A stretch of 63,813 bases of DNA, filler included, from Asterionella formosa (taxonomy: Eukaryota), in assembly GCA_002256025.1 (NCBI GenBank). It is 2 parts of 2 records of this genome, joined end to end, with 100 filler letters (N's around TTAATTAATTAA, not from the genome) between each part and the next. Parts side by side here need not be neighbours in the genome. Positions count along the whole stretch, not along the records: positions 1 to 31,872 come from NKIB01000566.1; 1 more part is not named here. One strand, written 5' to 3'. The position numbers were made by a program, and so were the translations under genes. Positions 1 through 11,300 of the stretch are shown here, piece after piece (positions within the stretch are counted from its first letter, which is position 1; each line of letters begins with the position of its first letter). The notes below the pieces were generated by a model. It was not told where the DNA came from. It made no database searches and saw nothing but the letters and a program-made list of their open reading frames with translations.

Positions 1-721
1 TACTAGTGCCTACGAGGACAAAAAGAATTATAGCACGTTACTTTGTCTATGACAAGAAAATTATTGGGTGTTTGGTTCCACCTCGAGAAAAATGTACAGG
101 GGGGTCCAGCAACCATAGGGGGGGTCCAGGACAATGAAGTATACGGTACATCGCTACCTCAGGTTACTAGTTCACCATTGTTGTTAGGGTTGCAAATCCA
201 TGCTTTCGCCAATGTCAGGAAATAGGCTCTTTTTTCAATATAAGGTATTTCACAAAATGACTGGATTTTTTCAATAATTTCTCCGAAAAAGGGTTTAATG
301 TCCAATACAAGGTGAACCTTGAATAGATTCTATTATTTTGCATCCACCTTACTTGTATTTAGTACTTTAGTTCTCACTTTTTAACAATGTACACACGGTA
401 CCAGGTAACCTGGTAGTCGTACAAGGGCACGAGGTGATACTTGCAGTAGACTGGGCATATTTCATAATTTAGTATACACCAACTGAGTTTTGGCGATACA
501 ACCGACTTCAATTAGGAAGGATGATAGAAACCGGCCGAGCGGACGCATCGCTCATACTAGCCAAGCACGCTTCATATAATGGTTTGCTGGAGTACTGAAA
601 ACACAAATAGCGTAAAGGGGATGGGGGCGATGATGCCTGCAGTCGAATCACCTCATAATGCACAGGAATAACTTTTCTGAACCAGCAGCTCAGCTTCAAT
701 CTTCGGATTGTTAGTTTGGCA

Positions 722-1867
722 ATGGTGCTCCCATCACCGTCAGTTCAGCCTATCCAGGATGCTCCTACTCAGGGCGTCAATGATCTTCCTAAGAAAGAAC
801 CCACCCCACCAGAAGTTCCCGCACCAAAAGGCGGTCCAGCGATCATAACTTCAGGAGACGTTCGTGATCCAGCAGAACCGTTGACCGAAAAAGCGGGTTC
901 CTCAATGATGTCGCACACTATTTCTCAGATTTCGGCTCTATCTGCAATGTTTGTGCCCACCGACGGATGCAGGTTCAACAAACTTTGCGCAGTGACACCA
1001 ATTGATGAGGAATCGTCGCCCCTACCCATCATGACTTCAGGAGAAGGTCGCGGCCCAGCTCCTCAGCAAGATCAGACACCTTTGACCGAAAACACGGGAC
1101 CAGTTGTGATCAGTCACACGACAGAGAACAGTGTTCCTTCTGGAATAACTACATCAAAGATGGGATGGTGGACACGCCAGTTTGTGCCAAAGCAAGAAAG
1201 GAACCCAGCGACAGGAGCAGAGCAAGAAATACCTTCCTTTTTAGGATGCGGCTTAGCAATCATGGGTTCAGAAGACCCAGCTGTCGAGGACTCAATGGTC
1301 CAACCTGAGATGAGTCCCACTGTTGTGCAAAGTGTCAGCACTCAAAGATCAAAGCCAAATAAACGATGGTGGTCAAGAATGCGACGTGCAAGAAAAGCAA
1401 ACAAGGAAGAAATCTCGCCCGAACAAAGTGGGCAACCAGCCCCTCTTCAAAATGGGGAGATCGCTTCTGCTATAAATTTGGGACAAGTGGCGACTAGTCA
1501 CACAATTGAAAAAAGTGCTGATACTCAAAAATCAAAACCAAAGAAAAGATTTTGGTTCAGGAAGCGGGGTGCTCATAAATCCGACACCAGCAAACACAAA
1601 TTTTGTGGCAAACGCAAAGGTCTACTTCAACGCAAGTCTCAGATTAATACAAACCAACCAACGAATTTTAATGAAACAGCAGTCGCTGTTACAACTACAG
1701 CAGCACCAGGAGTGGAACATGATTCACCATGTCAGATCAGAGTGAATGACTTATCAGTCACTTTGCGACAGATGGATGCTGCTCTTCTGGAGGCATCTGT
1801 AGACCTGTTGTCTTCCGTGATGGATACAGAAACTACAAACAAACAAGTTGTTGCTGCAGAGCAATAG
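722..1867 (+). CDS. Hypothetical low-complexity protein with internal duplications; paralog of 2627..4327
   Basis: 381-aa ORF from ATG 722; internal repeats (PAIITSG/LPIMTSG/LAIMGS; QRSKPNKRWW/QKSKPKKRFW); shares QDAPTQxVND and PCxIxVNDxSxTL blocks with next gene. Confidence 0.7.
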   Translation: MVLPSPSVQPIQDAPTQGVNDLPKKEPTPPEVPAPKGGPAIITSGDVRDPAEPLTEKAGSSMMSHTISQISALSAMFVPTDGCRFNKLCAVTPIDEESSPLPIMTSGEGRGPAPQQDQTPLTENTGPVVISHTTENSVPSGITTSKMGWWTRQFVPKQERNPATGAEQEIPSFLGCGLAIMGSEDPAVEDSMVQPEMSPTVVQSVSTQRSKPNKRWWSRMRRARKANKEEISPEQSGQPAPLQNGEIASAINLGQVATSHTIEKSADTQKSKPKKRFWFRKRGAHKSDTSKHKFCGKRKGLLQRKSQINTNQPTNFNETAVAVTTTAAPGVEHDSPCQIRVNDLSVTLRQMDAALLEASVDLLSSVMDTETTNKQVVAAEQ

Positions 1868-2626
1868 TCACAATGAGGATAGATGTAGGTCTGTTTACTT
1901 CTTGCATATTAATTTTAGCTTAAAATTAGATTTCTTATTTAACCATTACTTTGTTAGTTTGTCAAGAGTGGCCGCTATTTGAATGCGTTTACTGATTGTT
2001 ACTCTGTTCAACAGTAAGCACAAGGAGCCCTACTTATTAACATTGCTATCGATGATGACAAGCCCGCAAATTGGAACTGGTCAGGAAGACCAACAATTTA
2101 AGTTTCGAGAGAATGTTTTGAATAACAAGCAATTTCATGTGTTGACTTTTTTAGTCGCGGAAATCGGATCATTCCTCGCTAACACGCCAGGGTTGGAAAA
2201 TCTATAATTTTGTAGTCGCGGAAAGTTTTGACCAATTCATCGCTAAAACGAGTAGACTATGGGCATCTTTTGTATGATGTATATTCATTGTGGATACCTT
2301 TCCTTTTATCATTTCTTTTTATCGTGGGTGTTCGACTCCGTTGACGCCCGCCAAGCCGGAGTTCTAAGTTGTGTATCACTATGCAAAGACAAGCCTTGGC
2401 GATACAACGTGCTTTACCTACGGGCGATCGCAAGTTGCAAGCAGGTTCAACAGTGATTCACTTAAATGAAGGAGGCAGCGCGAAAGGAAGGCGAAGCCAA
2501 TAACACTAAGGCAATCCTCATATCACTGTCCACATTTTGTTACTCTCGTCATTAAAATAATACCCCACAAATGAAGGGAAAGCCAACTCTCTGAACTTCC
2601 TTTACTATTCAAAAGGATACTTACCA

Positions 2627-4327
2627 ATGGTGTTCCCTTCAACATTTCAGCTCTTCCAGGACGCTCCTACCCAGGCTGTCAATGACATTAAGAAAGAAGC
2701 ATTAGTATTACGAGGCGATCCTGCGGTCATGCCTTCTCGACCTCAAAATGGCAAAACCAAATCAACAAGGAAAACTAACTCCCAACCATCAAAGGGTGCG
2801 GTACGTCGTAGCAAAAAGGTTGGACCACAGGAAATCAGTCGCGTTCCTTCACAACAAGCCAAGTTAAAGCATCGGGAAGCCACAAAAACAGTCACTAACA
2901 AAAAAACCCGCCAAAACCGCCATCGCCTATTAGGATGTCTTTTTCGACGTAACTCGCGTTCACCGCTCCTCATCAAAGAACGTGAGATTGAAAAGGACAC
3001 ACCGCCGCAAGAAGACTCACCGCCCCCTTTGGAAAATGATATTTTGGCTATGATTGACCCAGTACAACAAGGATTACCCTGCGAGATTGGCGTGAATGAC
3101 TTCTCGACCACTTTGCAGACGTTGGAGATGCACCTAGGCAGTGCTCTGAAGGATGCATCCAATGACATATTCTCTGTTGTTAGTTCTGTGTTAGATAAAG
3201 GAACTGAATGCAGCGAAGTCTTTGCGCTAGTGGACGAGCCGAAAATGCCCCCTACAGGTGCTACTGTCGATGCTACGCCAACAGCAACAGCAGCTCTTGT
3301 CCCAACCTCACCCAAGAGTGAGGTCGAAAAATCACTCAAGCGTGAGGTCCAAATACCACCCAAGAGTGAGGTCGAACAGTCACTCAAGCGTGAGGTCCAA
3401 ATACCACCCAAGAGTGAGGTCGAAAAATCACTCAAGCGTGAGGTCCAAATACCACCCAAGAGTGAGGTCGTAAAGTCGCGCAAGCGTGAGGTTCCAACAT
3501 CCCCGAAACGTGAGGTTCCCATATCACCCAAGCGTGCGGTCCATTTTGGTGAAAACGGTGAAAACCAAGATGAAGAAAGTTACACACAGTCCACCATTGA
3601 GCGTGACGCTTCAAATTGTCCTTCAATTTTCAGCCAGTCGAATACATATTTCAGCCAGTCTACTGCACAAACCATTTTGAAGCCTTCAAGGACGTATGAT
3701 ACAGCGACTGAAAATGACTCAAAAGATTTCGTGTCCAACAATCGTAGAAGTTTTCCGATGTCAATTCTGACATTTCCTTCCGAGGACGACACTTATGAAA
3801 AGAAGAAGAATACGATTTGCTGGTTTGAAGGCGCTAATGGGAAATGCATTTCATATCAAACAAAAGCAGGTGGGTGTGCCATTGACGATACATGGGATGT
3901 TGACCCTTTTGATCATTGCAATGGTATGATATTAGATGATGATGAGGAAAGTATGATAAGTAAGCGGTCAAAGAATTGGTTTTGGGGGAACAAAAAAGTT
4001 GAGCCAATCAAGCCAATGAAGCCAATGAAGCCAATCAAGCCAAGGAAACCAACCCGTACAAAGCCTAATGAGAATTGGCTTCGATGGAATGATGATGAAG
4101 TGCACCAAGTACAGGAAGCAGTTGAAACTATGTTGTTGGTTGACATGTTCTCCCCGGTTGTGAAAAGTGTGGCGATCGGAAATGACATCTACGCAAATGG
4201 TCCTATTTTGTCTGATATAGAGGAAATATCTTATGATGAATCATCAACGATGGATGGGACAAGGTCCTATACTACCACCTCGTATGCTACCAAGTCCTAT
4301 ACCACCAAGTCCTATAGTGTGCTGTGA
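2627..4327 (+). CDS. Hypothetical disordered protein with 16-aa tandem repeats; paralog of 722..1867
   Basis: 566-aa ORF; N-term MVFPS...QDAPTQAVNDIKKE and PCEIGVNDFSTTL match the upstream ORF. Confidence 0.75.
   Translation: MVFPSTFQLFQDAPTQAVNDIKKEALVLRGDPAVMPSRPQNGKTKSTRKTNSQPSKGAVRRSKKVGPQEISRVPSQQAKLKHREATKTVTNKKTRQNRHRLLGCLFRRNSRSPLLIKEREIEKDTPPQEDSPPPLENDILAMIDPVQQGLPCEIGVNDFSTTLQTLEMHLGSALKDASNDIFSVVSSVLDKGTECSEVFALVDEPKMPPTGATVDATPTATAALVPTSPKSEVEKSLKREVQIPPKSEVEQSLKREVQIPPKSEVEKSLKREVQIPPKSEVVKSRKREVPTSPKREVPISPKRAVHFGENGENQDEESYTQSTIERDASNCPSIFSQSNTYFSQSTAQTILKPSRTYDTATENDSKDFVSNNRRSFPMSILTFPSEDDTYEKKKNTICWFEGANGKCISYQTKAGGCAIDDTWDVDPFDHCNGMILDDDEESMISKRSKNWFWGNKKVEPIKPMKPMKPIKPRKPTRTKPNENWLRWNDDEVHQVQEAVETMLLVDMFSPVVKSVAIGNDIYANGPILSDIEEISYDESSTMDGTRSYTTTSYATKSYTTKSYSVL
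3311..3531 (+). repeat. 48-bp coding tandem repeat (PKSEVEKSLKREVQIP) x3 plus degenerate copies
   Basis: Units start at 3311, 3359, 3407, 3455. Confidence 0.95.
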
Positions 4328-5789
4328 CAAGTACCCAGACCAGAAAGCATACAGGTATCCAACTGAAAAAAAATCCCACTTAGTATGGCAATAAGTTTTG
4401 GCAATCAATGGTCAATGTTGACTGTTGACGTGCACAAGATTGAATTTTAACTACGTAATTTTTTGGATAGTCACGATTATACATTTTGTTGCATTTGGCA
4501 TCCACAGTATAATACGAGATACACTCCAATATTACGTATAATGCATTATTCGACCTTTCTACCGGTTCGTTCCGGTATACTGCCCAACCGCATGGTACCA
4601 GGTACCAGGTACATGGTATGGTACCAAATACTCCGTACCAGTACCAGGTGAGTTATCTGGCTCAACTACAGACATACCTTAACATAGATATATCAGAACT
4701 CTATCAGGAGAAACTCAACTAACACCTATTTGAATACTTTAGTGTCAACCTAGGAGATCGAGTTGCACACAAGGATTAACTAACAAGCTCATATATTCAA
4801 CAAATACTACTACTTCTAGTTAGATACTTCACTTTGAAATCAAAAAGAGTCAAATTAGAATTAACAAGAATGTTGATATATTCTCAAGTCCCAGTGGTCC
4901 CATTGATCTAGGATTTCAACCTACTAAACATCAAGAATAGCACCTTCCATTCATTCATACCAGTTTGACATCTTGAGTCTTTCAAGCAACCAAGATGAGA
5001 TTCATGGAACTTCATGGAAGCTTTGTTGACTGCTAAATCCCTTCTTTCTACTCCAAAGGTGCCTTACAGAAATCGCCTTGTCTGAATGGATGAACGTTAA
5101 AGTACCCCCAGATGATCAGCCCGATAACAATTTTGATGATGCCATGGTGATATGGTTGGATGTGCAACTTTTTTCTTCTTCAGGATAGCTTTCAGTGTCA
5201 GCATCAGTAGATGCTCTGATACTTGACAAAACCATTCAACATTTTTAAAGGACTTTCATTAAAGGACTTTCAGATAGACTACTGTCTCAAAACCAGGCAT
5301 AGACTACTCAAGCTCGTGTATCATCCAAAAGATCAAGAGACTTTGACCAAGGAAGATTTGATGGTCATTGCAATTTGCTTGATGCTCGATGTGTGGCAGC
5401 AATTTAAAATGAAAGCAACAAAGACCAATCGATTTGCTCGATTTCGACTTACTTTGAGAGTCAATAATCATTTTAAGATCGTCTCAAGCACATCCCCAAG
5501 CATGGATTCTACCATGATACAAGAGTGCTGAGGAAGGCAATCATGTGATGCATCAAGAAACCAAGTGGGATTGGTGTCAGTCTTTAACACGAAATTGTCA
5601 TTATATAGTTGAAGTTGAAGGCAATCATGTGATTCATCAAGAAACCAAGCGGGACTGGTGTAGAAAATTCTCAGTGATTAAACTTATGATGGTGCACGAG
5701 TTTCAGAAAGTCGATTAGTGGCAATCACTTAAAGAATTATTGGGCAAAAGTTTGTTGGGTTGACTGTATGACTAGACACAAGAAGCAGC

Positions 5790-5828
5790 ATCAAGGCCAA
5801 CAATCAAGGCCAACAATCAAGGCCAACA
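5790..5828. repeat. 13-bp tandem repeat ATCAAGGCCAACA x3
   Basis: Read directly. Confidence 0.9.
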
Positions 5829-7099
5829 GCTCCCCACAATTAGAAATCACCGTCCTAATTGTTCTTGCCTCCTAACTGGCTGGGGTCCCGCTTTGCACTG
5901 CAGCTTTTGCTTCCTGTTTATGGCATAGCAAGTATGGGAGGACCGAGATGAGAGGAATAAAATTGGCGCATTAAATTTTCTATATAGACAATCATGACAT
6001 CAGTTGTGAGAATGGCAAAAGGAAAATGCTGATGTTGCAAATAGTGAGGAGCAAGCCATTGGCTGGAAGGATAAATAAGAGATTTCTAGTATTTACACGA
6101 AGATTATGAAAAGATTGGATGGTTGAGCGAAAAATCAAGATCTCCTGCTATCTTTAAATACAAGAGAAAATGTCTATGTTGCTCTTGAGCAATGTGAGGG
6201 CTGCCTTAGTATTTCACCTGTGACTGCTCAAGGGATGATGAAGAGTGGAACAGCACTGCTTCTAGACAAATGCAAACTGTGAGAAAGTTTGTAAGCAGCC
6301 AGTTGTGGTAATTTCTGGTAATGCAATCATATTCCATACTGCAGACCATTGATTGTGATGAAATGATGGTTATTGCCATGACTTTTGCAAGGTGGTGAAG
6401 CATCCTCAGCAAACTTGCAAAAAGTCTGAAGGTTCATTCACTTTCTAAGAAAATATTTGAAGATTAACCATCATATTCTTGTCATCTGCATATATTGCTA
6501 TGCTAGGTACTAGCTACCCTGCAATATATGCATTCAATTACTAGGAGAGGTGTGCTTGCCATATACCGTTATTTACTGCCACATCACTTGATTTGTGCCT
6601 CCAAGTCGTTTCGTCGTTGCTATGCTTTGCTAGCTACCGGTATATATACAGGTACTGGTACTGGCACCTGAGTACCGGTAGTCAAGACCAAGACTTGGGC
6701 GGAGGCAATGGTGTTCACTGAGCGCGCCAGAATTATGATTTCTTCCATGTCGTCTGCAGATTTCGTAGATTTCTACAGCATGGGTTTGAATGCGTTCGAT
6801 GCACGCCTAAGCGATTTCTGAGAAATTCCTCCTAAGATTTAAGAATATTGATTTCTAAAGCAAGGTCATTGGCTGCGTGACAGACATACTCTTAAAAAGT
6901 GGCTGTAAAGCCGGTTCTGCTGCTTAGAGTGACCTTAAAAATCATTTTTGACATTTGGAGCCGGCGCCATAATTTGTAGTATGAGTGGTACGAGTATGTG
7001 TACATATGCAGTATTGGCTCCTTCCATCATCTCACTTCTTTATTCATTCACACCGGTATACCGGATTGCTGATTCTGATCAGATTCAACGGCGCCCACC

Positions 7100-9454
7100 A
7101 TGCCAATGCTGCCAGCACCTCTCGCTCGATTTGGCAGTCCTGTGTTGACTGCAGCCCCTCGCAAGGTCAAGAAGCTGCATCGCCGTTGTCGTTCCAACCG
7201 AAAGGTTTCCCTCGATGGCCAAGAAGATCTGACGAAGCAATGCTGCGCTTCCATTGTCAGCACTCCTGTTTCTGATTCCGTTTCTGAATCTGCATCTCCT
7301 GATTCTGCGGACCACCTTAGACAAGATGATTCCGCCGCAATGCATCACTCTTCTAATGCCAAGGCGCCAGCCGAGGTCCAAGAAATATCCGCATCGGAAG
7401 ATTCCGACACGGACAACAACTCGTCCTTCCCAACTATTCCCGAGACGTCCCCTAGTTGCGACAGCTTGATGCCATTGGAGCTCAAGGAACTCGCTCAGCT
7501 GGCAGAGCGGCATCGACTAGACAAGCAGAAGCAAGTCAACACCAACAGGCGGAAGTTCGATTTCGACTGGATAGCTGAGCGAGCGTCGCCCGCTCTCAAG
7601 GCGCACATCAACCTCAAGAAGCACCTGGCCACCTACAAAAAGTCACCGTTCAATGCTGTTGTGCAATCGCAGTGGTACTACGACTTTCGTGCCTACCGAG
7701 AACAGTTGCGCAACGCATGGAATGACGAACAACCGGTTGTTAACTCATCACTCATCACACCGCCGTTCCAGTCGTCCAACAACTCCAAAATGCCAATTGT
7801 TCTGCAAGAACTGGCGCATGTTCTGGAAGTGCATGACTACAACTTTAGACCAGGAAAGCAAGGGCACATTGCATGGGAGTGGGTACAACACGTATCGTCG
7901 CCAGGGCTAGCCAAGCACATTAGTAGGAAGCAAAACGATCCCACAGTGCGCAAGTCCTACAAGAAGTGCCCGACTGCGGCCTTGGTCCCATCGACGCATT
8001 ATGCGGAGTTTCGGGACATGCGTGAGCGAATTTGGAACCAGCTCATGAGCCAGCAAACTCCCAAGATTGCTTCGTCGGGGTCACCTCTACTTTCCAATGA
8101 GTCACCTGGAAAAGCAAAACAGTCATCACCAAAAAGCTTTGCGCTCCTCAAGAAGTCGTCGCCCAAAGCTGTTCTCAAGCCAAAAGCAGTGGTTGACGTT
8201 GTGGTTCCAAAGGTGTCAATTGCCCCAAAGAAGAAACGCAAACGTGGACCCAAAATGACATTGTCCGGGCTGACTTTGGAACACCGTGAGTTGGCTAGAT
8301 TGGTAGAAGAAGTTAGACAAAAAAACAAAACCAATCGAGTCGTTTTCGATAAGGACTACATACATACCAACGCCTCCCCAGCACTTTCTGCCTATATTGC
8401 GAAACGATCGCAGCTGCCAACGTTTCAGAAAAACATTATCAGAGCCTTGGTGTCGATTAATAAAAAGACTTTGTGGGAAGACTTTCGGTTAAAGCTTCGC
8501 TGTCGAATGGAAAAGGGCATGTCGGTAGATGATCTCATGGAAAACTCAGCCGCCGCGAGTGTGGAAGCGGTGGAAGAAATGGCCGGAGAAACGGAGTCAG
8601 AAACGGAGTCGGAGCCTGAAATCACCCCCGCCGCGACTCCATCAGAACCCCGTATCATTGACTTGAGGCATCATGCCAAGGATGCATACTGGTTGGCTCC
8701 ATCACAGCGAATAGAGATTGTGGCATCTGTGGAAAAACATTCCCCTCGTCACTTGATGGCACTGAATAATGCCGCCAAGCTCAAATCCTCCGGACACTCG
8801 CAAAATTCCAAGCGTCGTCGCCTATTGGAATCTCCAGTAAAAGGCAGTAGGCTTAGTGCCGAGACCGATTGGTCTACGGAGGAACTTTCTGCAGAGCTTC
8901 AAAGCCTCGCCAAACTGTGCCAAGATGATGACTTTCGTTTGAGTCACTCAGACCAAGTCAACTGGACCTGGAATAAGTCCCTTCCGACAACAGATCTCTG
9001 TCCATGCTGCAGTCAGACGCAAGAACCATTTATTGACGAGGACCCGGACTCGGACGTGATACCAGCCCGCTGTAAATTTTTAAGCCAAAGCGACAACAAA
9101 CGCGTTGAACCATGTTTTGTGCCTGGCATTGAAAACAACGGTCTGGAGGTTATAAGATCGCTTCTTCCTGGTGATTGTTCAGGGTTATCACTCTGTATGA
9201 AAGACCTGGCGTTGAAAATGGAGAAGTCAGCCCTTGAAAATTTGGGCTGTATTGACTGGGACAATGTATCGTCCTGCGTCACTCCTTATCTTCGTGAGTT
9301 GATTGATGACCAAAGGTCGACACCTGGGTTCTTGGAGAACCCTGAACTCTTTTTAGTTCCAATCTCCAACATGGTTCAATTTTGCGACATTCGCCGCAAA
9401 CTTGCAATTGTTTTGGGTGGGACACAAAAGAGCCCTCATGCATGTTTAGGTTAA
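7100..9454 (+). CDS. Hypothetical protein with four full and one partial copy of an unrecognised ~80-aa helical repeat domain
   Basis: 784-aa ORF; repeated LxELA...(F/W)xW...SPxLxxHI...LV...FR pattern; basic NLS-like PKKKRKR. Confidence 0.8.
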   Translation: MPMLPAPLARFGSPVLTAAPRKVKKLHRRCRSNRKVSLDGQEDLTKQCCASIVSTPVSDSVSESASPDSADHLRQDDSAAMHHSSNAKAPAEVQEISASEDSDTDNNSSFPTIPETSPSCDSLMPLELKELAQLAERHRLDKQKQVNTNRRKFDFDWIAERASPALKAHINLKKHLATYKKSPFNAVVQSQWYYDFRAYREQLRNAWNDEQPVVNSSLITPPFQSSNNSKMPIVLQELAHVLEVHDYNFRPGKQGHIAWEWVQHVSSPGLAKHISRKQNDPTVRKSYKKCPTAALVPSTHYAEFRDMRERIWNQLMSQQTPKIASSGSPLLSNESPGKAKQSSPKSFALLKKSSPKAVLKPKAVVDVVVPKVSIAPKKKRKRGPKMTLSGLTLEHRELARLVEEVRQKNKTNRVVFDKDYIHTNASPALSAYIAKRSQLPTFQKNIIRALVSINKKTLWEDFRLKLRCRMEKGMSVDDLMENSAAASVEAVEEMAGETESETESEPEITPAATPSEPRIIDLRHHAKDAYWLAPSQRIEIVASVEKHSPRHLMALNNAAKLKSSGHSQNSKRRRLLESPVKGSRLSAETDWSTEELSAELQSLAKLCQDDDFRLSHSDQVNWTWNKSLPTTDLCPCCSQTQEPFIDEDPDSDVIPARCKFLSQSDNKRVEPCFVPGIENNGLEVIRSLLPGDCSGLSLCMKDLALKMEKSALENLGCIDWDNVSSCVTPYLRELIDDQRSTPGFLENPELFLVPISNMVQFCDIRRKLAIVLGGTQKSPHACLG

Positions 9455-9626
9455 TGTTGTCAATTGTGTTGTACTGTTCTGTTTGATAACCCCTATGGCT
9501 ACAGAACTGTTGTGGATAGTCATAACTTTGTAAAAATTTGTCTATATATCTATGAAATTGAAACTTCTATAAAATTCTTCCATTCTGCCCATTACAACTC
9601 GCCCCAAACTCTCCTGATAGAAAGGG

Positions 9627-9989
9627 TTAAATGGCACATTTTCCCCTCGTCTCAAGAAGGAGAACCAATTCGTGTTCAGTCATTAAACCAAGTTGTTGAC
9701 ATGATGGCAAGGATGCAAACGAATCGCGACGATGTTTCTTGGTAACACGACGGGAGAAAGTGGAGCGGTTGTGTTTACCCAATAGAGTTCGACCAAAACG
9801 GCGCGCCACATCCTTCTTTCGAGAATTTTCAACTCTTACAGGAGTAGTATTGGAAGAGTTGGGTGCAGTCGGAAAACTGAGTTGGTCCTCGGAAAGACAT
9901 GGTTCTTCGTCAGAATTGAAATGATCTGGTGTAGTGCAACTTGGAACTTGTTCCCTCATGAGGGTATCGGTATTTGCAATGTTTGCCAT
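9627..9989 (-). CDS. Small hypothetical protein (120 aa)
   Basis: ATG-started ORF convergent with the upstream gene; no recognised domain. Confidence 0.4.
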   Translation of the reverse strand: MANIANTDTLMREQVPSCTTPDHFNSDEEPCLSEDQLSFPTAPNSSNTTPVRVENSRKKDVARRFGRTLLGKHNRSTFSRRVTKKHRRDSFASLPSCQQLGLMTEHELVLLLETRGKCAI

Positions 9990-10813
9990 TTTGAATAGTA
10001 TCTTTGCTTAACAAGTATTTGAATCGCCTTCCGAGGTTTCGAATTAGTTGTTCGTTTCAGTCGATTTCGATTTGAGCAACAAAAAGGAAAGTGAGAAAAT
10101 GAATAGCAGCAGCCAAATTGTAACAGAAATCAAAAATAATGTGTAAGTCTCACATTGAAAGGGAACTCCCACATCAGAGGACCATTTTAATAGTGGGACG
10201 ACTACATATACTGTATGTTGTGGAACCATACTCAACTTAATTTTGTAAGGCGCATGATTGATTACAAACGAAGTAAACTACCGGTACCACGTACGACACT
10301 GGAGTATACTTACTGTTAAGCAAGTATGATGTATACTATTTTAGGCGGAGGATCTGCCAACATAATTGTTCTTTTCGCCACTACATACCGGTAAATAATT
10401 GTGTGGCATACTACATGATAAAGTGTAAATATTTAAATATATTCTTATAAGAAGGAAAATTTGGGAGAAGTCACATCAACACACATGATTGTTCTTTTCC
10501 ATTTATACTTATATATTATATGATGGTATAAAATTTACGAAGAAATTTATAATAAGAATACACGGAGGTGGACAAATACCGTTATCACAGGTAAATGTTG
10601 TGAGTTGAAGTTGGTGTCCAGCCAACCACATACCGGTATCACATACCGTATATTGAAGATATCTGCCCCTCAACTGATACATGGTACCAGGTACCTGCTA
10701 CTCCGGTGAATCAGCTAGGAGTACCTGCATGCATGCATATTTCATAGTAAAGCGTACCAGGTCCCTAAAAATTTCCTTAATAGTTTATTTTCCTACAGTT
10801 CACTTGCAATGGA

Positions 10814-11300
10814 TTATTTTACATACCAATGTAAAGGGCAAGGTAATGAGCAATTACACATTCCATATGAATTAGGGCAAATCACTGCTGCAGAGTCAGC
10901 TCGTGGATTTTCCGCAAGCATGCAAAGGTGATGTTGCTCATTCTGATCTAGAGAGGAGGCCAACCGTGCACAGGTTTTAAGGGAGGACTTGTTACCATTG
11001 ACATCTAAGAAGGTAAAAAGCTCAGCATCCGAATCACGGCATGTCCTTGTATTTTGACAATTGTTGCATGCTTCTTTGCATTCTTTGTACGCTGTGGAAC
11101 ACACAATACAATTATATTTATAAAATGGTAAATTATTACAGAGCCAAAAGCAGTTCCTGGAGTGCACTTTGCCCTTGTATTCCAGGTCCACGATGATATC
11201 ATAATTGTTATCGCAACATGTATCAGAGCACTTGTCACATGTTCGTAGCGCTACTATTAAACACCAAAAGCGGCACAGGACAACACAGTTTGCTTTATAT
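10814..11300 (-). pseudogene. Cys-rich diatom-type repeat protein fragment
   Basis: Frame reads TCDKCSDTCCDN...NCFWL...CKEACNNC...CRDSD...TC..L...LC...CPNSYGMC; in-frame stop just upstream, no clear start. Confidence 0.4.

Noticed and set aside
3311..3531. Regular repeats resembling a CRISPR array
   Set aside because: Head-to-tail coding repeats with no unique spacers and no cas genes; eukaryotic context.
2743..3531. 262-aa antisense ORF and similar shadow ORFs across genes
   Set aside because: Explained by codon structure and repeats of the sense-strand genes.
5223..5531. J-domain-like words (RLLKLVYHPKD) in a TTG-started ORF
   Set aside because: HPD motif not intact, surrounding frames full of stops; unidentifiable relic.
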